A stretch of 64,000 nucleotides of DNA from Eledone cirrhosa (Eukaryota). Every line of letters begins with the position of its first letter. Position 1 is the stretch's first letter. The stretch is from positions 32,178,001-32,242,000 of the forward strand of contig OZ024743.1 of assembly GCA_964016885.1 (NCBI GenBank), written 5' to 3'. This document shows positions 62,416 through 64,000 of this stretch, piece by piece. The position numbers were made by a program, and so were the translations under genes. The notes beneath the pieces are model-generated. The model searched no databases and was not told where the DNA came from. It saw only the letters and a program-made list of their open reading frames with translations.

Positions 62416-63880
62416 TACGTACATATATGTATGTGTACCTGTATGTATATATATATATATATATATGCATGCTACTGTACGTCTGTATACATATATGTAT
62501 GTACGTATACATACATACTTACATTTAAGTAAGTGCCGTACTAAGAGTGAGAAATGAAATTTCGTTTTCATTCTATTACAACTTATATATATATATGTAT
62601 ATGTATATATCATCATAGTTTTTACATCTGTTTTTCCATATGTGCCTGGGTTGGAGGGTTCTGTCCACTGTTTTCCATTTCCATGGTTACTTTACCCAAT
62701 TTTTTCAAATATTATTTCTAATGATTGAATATTATATAATCAGCTGCTTTGGGACATCTACGTTTCAAGTTTCAAATTTTCCAAATGTTTCTTAAATCAA
62801 CCATATATTCACACTGCTCATACAATATATATTCACTAACAACTTCAACAATATCACTGGTGACCACCAGAGCTGCATTCTCTAACTCTGTCTATTCCTA
62901 TTAGCTGTTCAATTTTTTATGATGAAGATAATGAATAAGCAGTACTGCTGGTCTGTCAGGGAGAAAAATGAAAAAGCTTTGTGGTCTGGATTTTGCAGAA
63001 ACAAGTATTTGGCTGCAAGAACTAACTACCATGAACAAGCAAAAAAATCAAGCTCAGACTTAGCTGGGAAAAGACAAATGTGATGCATATAAATGGCATA
63101 AGCCAGCCTCCCTCACTCCATCATCAGGCAGTGTGATGTGCAAGATATGGATGATTTCTGATACCTGGACAGTGTGATTGGTTGTGATGATAGCATTGAT
63201 ACTGATGTAGAAGAAATTATATCCTAGCACATGTGTCATATCTGGACCTGAAGTATTAGCACAAAAATTAAGTTAAACTATATAGTGCAATAATTTTACA
63301 AACAGTTTTGTAAGGCAGAGAAACTTGGAAAACTACAATCTATGTAGCTCAGAACTGGGCTCTTTCCATGGGTGTTGCCTGCAGAAGATCCTCAAAGTCA
63401 CCAGGAAAGACTAAGTCATAAATGAATTAATTTATTTGTGACAACAGTCCTGGCCATTACAAAAAACAATGGTGCTACATCAGTTTTGCTTCACGGGCAC
63501 ATTTTGTATGTGCTAACCACTCTAAGAAACACAACACTATATTTTTCTGACTGTGATATTTTTCTGACCACGATGTTTTTTTAACTATATTTCTGTAAAC
63601 TTTAATCATGATACTTTGATGAGTAATATATATATTATCCGTTCTAATTTTTTCCTGAGTGAATTGTATTGGTATTTTAATTCCTAATGGCAAATTATTA
63701 AATAAAATGATTTGGTATATATAGCATAACCTGGGTAGAAACAATTGTCAGTTATTAAATGCCTTAAACTCTTAAATTCTTTGGTTTCTAAACAAACTGT
63801 AACTATATATATATATATATATATCATCATCATCATCATCATTTTACGTCTGCTTTTCCCTGCTATATATATATATCAAT

Positions 63881-63918
<38 letters not shown>

Positions 63919-64000
63919 CATCATCATCATCATCATCATCAACGTTTAACGTCCGTGTTCCACGCTTGCATGGGTTTGGACGGGGGTAGTCCCACTTGAG

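Overview
Eukaryotic, AT-rich, microsatellite-saturated DNA. The repeat content resembles an octopus/cephalopod genome (inference). No host protein-coding exon can be supported, and most ORFs in the track are microsatellite artefacts. The window is a transposon graveyard: decayed CR1-group and RTE LINE fragments, a decayed hAT transposase, many tRNA-derived SINEs, several MITEs, and a head-to-tail cluster of bipartite RTE-derived elements nested in (CATA)n. The main signal is self-cleaving RNA. At 1-837 there is a near-perfect 310-bp tandem array in which every unit carries a type I hammerhead ribozyme (HHR), the architecture of an animal retrozyme. Across the window are further HHR or HHR-like motifs from several sequence families. 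Almost all lie in Penelope-like ends attached to (TA)n tracts, often as fold-back inverted repeats, and some carry non-canonical cores. All calls were made by eye; no searches or folding programs were run.
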